A stretch of DNA of 60,276 nt, taken from assembly GCA_964630365.1 (NCBI GenBank), contig CAZVUP010000006.1, positions 1 to 60,276 on the forward strand. The letters run 5' to 3'. The DNA is from an uncultured Muribaculaceae bacterium (GTDB lineage Bacteria > Bacillota_I > Bacilli_A > RF39 > UBA660). Within the stretch, counting starts at the first letter, position 1. Each line of letters opens with the position of its first letter. Positions 57,995-60,276 of the stretch are shown here, one piece after another. The translations under genes and the position numbers were made by a program. The notes below the pieces were generated by a model, which did no database searches, had not been told where the DNA came from, and saw nothing but the letters and a program-made list of their open reading frames with translations.

Positions 57995-58555
57995 CTAATC
58001 TTTATGATTGTGATTATGTGAATGAGTATGATCATGTAACTCAGTATGGCCTGCTAAACCATATTTATGAGATATTGGATCTTCAAAAATAAAGTTTTTG
58101 ATTGGATTAAATGTAAGAAACATATAAGCTCCAACTTCGATAAATAATAGTATAGAACTTAAATATGTATAAATAAATGGTAAAGAGTTTGCATTAATAA
58201 AATAATTAAATACTAATCCAGAGCAAATTACAGTTATATAAAAACAAATGACATCTATCCATAAAATTGATTTTTTAGTAAACGCTGTATATGAATAAAA
58301 GAGTATTGGTATTAATATTATAATAGTAAAAAGGCTTAATGACTTTCCTAGTATATAATTAGGATTCAAACCATAGATATAACCATCATATAAGCTCCAA
58401 AGAATAGTTGGGGTCATACATATCTTTATATGTTCCCAAGTACTTTCATTTACGGCTGCGAAGATTGCAACAAATTTATTATGACCACTTATTTCATATA
58501 AAAAATGTAAAAATGTACCTACTACTGCGATTAGAATCATTCCTACATAAATCAT
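57995..58555 (-). CDS. Membrane protein (DUF6512-like) with a His-rich tail
   Basis: GT.LHF.YE.SG, AVNESTWEH.K, FYSYT; C-terminus HDHTHSHNHNHKD. Confidence 0.75.
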   Translation of the reverse strand: MIYVGMILIAVVGTFLHFLYEISGHNKFVAIFAAVNESTWEHIKICMTPTILWSLYDGYIYGLNPNYILGKSLSLFTIIILIPILFYSYTAFTKKSILWIDVICFYITVICSGLVFNYFINANSLPFIYTYLSSILLFIEVGAYMFLTFNPIKNFIFEDPISHKYGLAGHTELHDHTHSHNHNHKD

Positions 58556-58647
58556 TTATATTCCTCCTAACTATAATAATTATATCACAAATTGCTAATC
58601 ATAATAGAAAAATTATTAAAAGACTTATCTTCTAAGATAAGCCTTAA

Positions 58648-59805
58648 TTATTTTTTTACAAGTGTCTTTGGCTTTTGGCCATTTCTTTTGAGAATTTTTT
58701 GCACTTCATCTATTGCTGCTTCAAATTCTGGCTGTGTTGGAGGCGTTTGTTTCATTTTTCCAAGATTTTCATATATCATTACTAGTCTTTCTTTTAAATC
58801 ATCAAGTTTTTCTTGATATTCATCTATCATTTGTTTATACTCTGGAGGCACAAATGTTTGTAAAATTTCTCTTCCAAATACATCATTTAAAAATGTATAT
58901 ACAGTCTCTGGAACAGAATCACCATATCCAATTGGAAAGCCAGAAACCAGACTACTTAGTGCTACCATTGTTTTTGTTTCAGTGTCAATAACCCACTTTA
59001 TTTTTGCAACCTCATAAGCATGATACACTATTCTATCTTGAGTAATTTCGCTTTCCATATATGGTTCATATTTAATATATTCTTTACGGTTATCATCATA
59101 ATATACTGGAATTAAAATGCATCTTTTACCTTTAATATAATATTCATCTTTTTCATCAAAAACGCCCATTCCTTTTATTCTTTTTTCACTTAAAGTATAT
59201 TTATTACCGGTTTTATATTTAGCTAATTTTTCAATGTCACTTGGTAAATATTCATATCCATCTAATAGATTTTGTGGATAATAACCATATTCAATTATAT
59301 TTAGCTCTTTTTTACTGGGTCCAACATAAGTTTTTGGACACTTTATCATTTTAGAAATAGCAATAGATAACATACTATCTGGTTCATCATAAATTAATAC
59401 TGGTCTTAGTAGAACGTCATTACGATATTTATCATCAATTGTATCTGTACGAATTTTATAGTCACTACTCAACCTATAATAATTATATGCGTAACTAGAA
59501 TATATCTTTTCTGCAAATATTGGTCCCATTAAAGTACCTGCATCAGTTCTTCTTGGATATATTACCCACGGCTCAGACCTTACCTCACCAGCGTTATTTG
59601 TTGCAAGTGTTACACACCATGACGCAATATTGGCAAGTTTTGATTCTTCTGAGTGTTCGATAGCAGCATGAAATATTTTATTTTTTCGACTTTCTTTAGC
59701 TGAAGGATAAACTGATGCAATACCAATATTTCCATCTCTAATATTTATCCAGTCATCTTCATAATCTAATATGTCATCTAAATTAAGAATAGTAATTTTA
59801 TTCAT
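58648..59805 (-). CDS. Hypothetical protein
   Basis: 385-aa ORF with SD AGGAG; motifs LRPVL, EYGYYPQ, KTGNKYT, IKWVID. Confidence 0.7.
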   Translation of the reverse strand: MNKITILNLDDILDYEDDWINIRDGNIGIASVYPSAKESRKNKIFHAAIEHSEESKLANIASWCVTLATNNAGEVRSEPWVIYPRRTDAGTLMGPIFAEKIYSSYAYNYYRLSSDYKIRTDTIDDKYRNDVLLRPVLIYDEPDSMLSIAISKMIKCPKTYVGPSKKELNIIEYGYYPQNLLDGYEYLPSDIEKLAKYKTGNKYTLSEKRIKGMGVFDEKDEYYIKGKRCILIPVYYDDNRKEYIKYEPYMESEITQDRIVYHAYEVAKIKWVIDTETKTMVALSSLVSGFPIGYGDSVPETVYTFLNDVFGREILQTFVPPEYKQMIDEYQEKLDDLKERLVMIYENLGKMKQTPPTQPEFEAAIDEVQKILKRNGQKPKTLVKK

Positions 59806-60215
59806 AAGAATCTCCTTTGTTCATTGATTATATATTATAACATTATTTTTATATTATTTATACATATTATAATCTATTTATTATTTTTTTTATTTATCTT
59901 CTTGTAATTTAAAATTACAATATCTCTTAGCTACGTTTTCATCTAATGTGCTATTAATATACCTATAATATAGTTTTTTAGATTTACAATATATTTTTTT
60001 CACCATTGTATATAGTCAAAATAACTGTTTTTCAAAATTTTTTTCTAAATCAATTTTAACAATATTTTGTATTATAAAAAGCTAATTAAATTTAAAATTA
60101 ATATACATTTTAAAAATATAAAATATGTATCGTCACGCGAACATATATTTGATATAATTATATTGGAATACTTAATAAGTTGGGTGCTGCCACATTCTTA
60201 AAAAGGAAGGTGGTG

Positions 60216-60276
60216 ATGCGTATGAGTAAGAAAGATTTTTTAATCTCTTCTTTAGTTCTCATCATCCTTTTACTTA
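60216..60276 (+). CDS. Start of a hydrophobic peptide or protein (runs off window end)
   Basis: SD AAGGAAGGTGG then ATG CGT ATG: MRMSKKDFLISSLVLIILLL... Confidence 0.45.
   Translation, partial: MRMSKKDFLISSLVLIILLL

Noticed and set aside
1296-58991. Short ORFs antisense to or nested in long genes (e.g. 1296-1514, 8321-8569, 12927-13268, 29743-30060, 31023-31496, 41665-42063, 54461-54748)
   Set aside because: They overlap well-supported genes, lack SDs and read as shadow translations.
59890-60006. 38-aa minus-strand ORF MVKKIYCKSKKLYYRYINSTLDENVAKRYCNFKLQEDK
   Set aside because: No SD, an in-frame TGA just upstream and no recognisable family; perhaps an eroded gene but not supportable.

Overview
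Very AT-rich (roughly 25-30% GC by eye) chromosomal window from a Gram-positive Bacilli-like organism. It uses the standard genetic code (TGA stops), Firmicute-type SD sequences, sortase, ylbDEF-rsmD synteny, CIRCE and a T-box; the gene style suggests a reduced-genome gut lineage such as RF39, which is an inference. Most genes are on the minus strand. Housekeeping content: ppdK (partial), rnhC, thyA-folA, hrcA-grpE-dnaK-dnaJ, parE/parC, gltX, tRNA-Gln, umuC-like/yolD with an SOS box. Accessory content: a vWA/repeat adhesin with class B sortase, a SipW/TasA-like fibre operon, two giant tandem sigma-70 factors and several orphans. The strongest signal is an Asn T-box-controlled operon (orf129-asnA-orf60-asnS, 32045-35457) whose four proteins (967 aa) contain no asparagine at all. 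It also holds an unannotated 12-aa leader peptide with three consecutive Asn codons, next to alternative hairpins that could gate the asnA ribosome-binding site, and its AsnRS has altered active-site motifs. Also notable: two mTERF-like repeat proteins apparently co-transcribed with RNase HIII, and an archaeal/plant-type DTD2-like deacylase.
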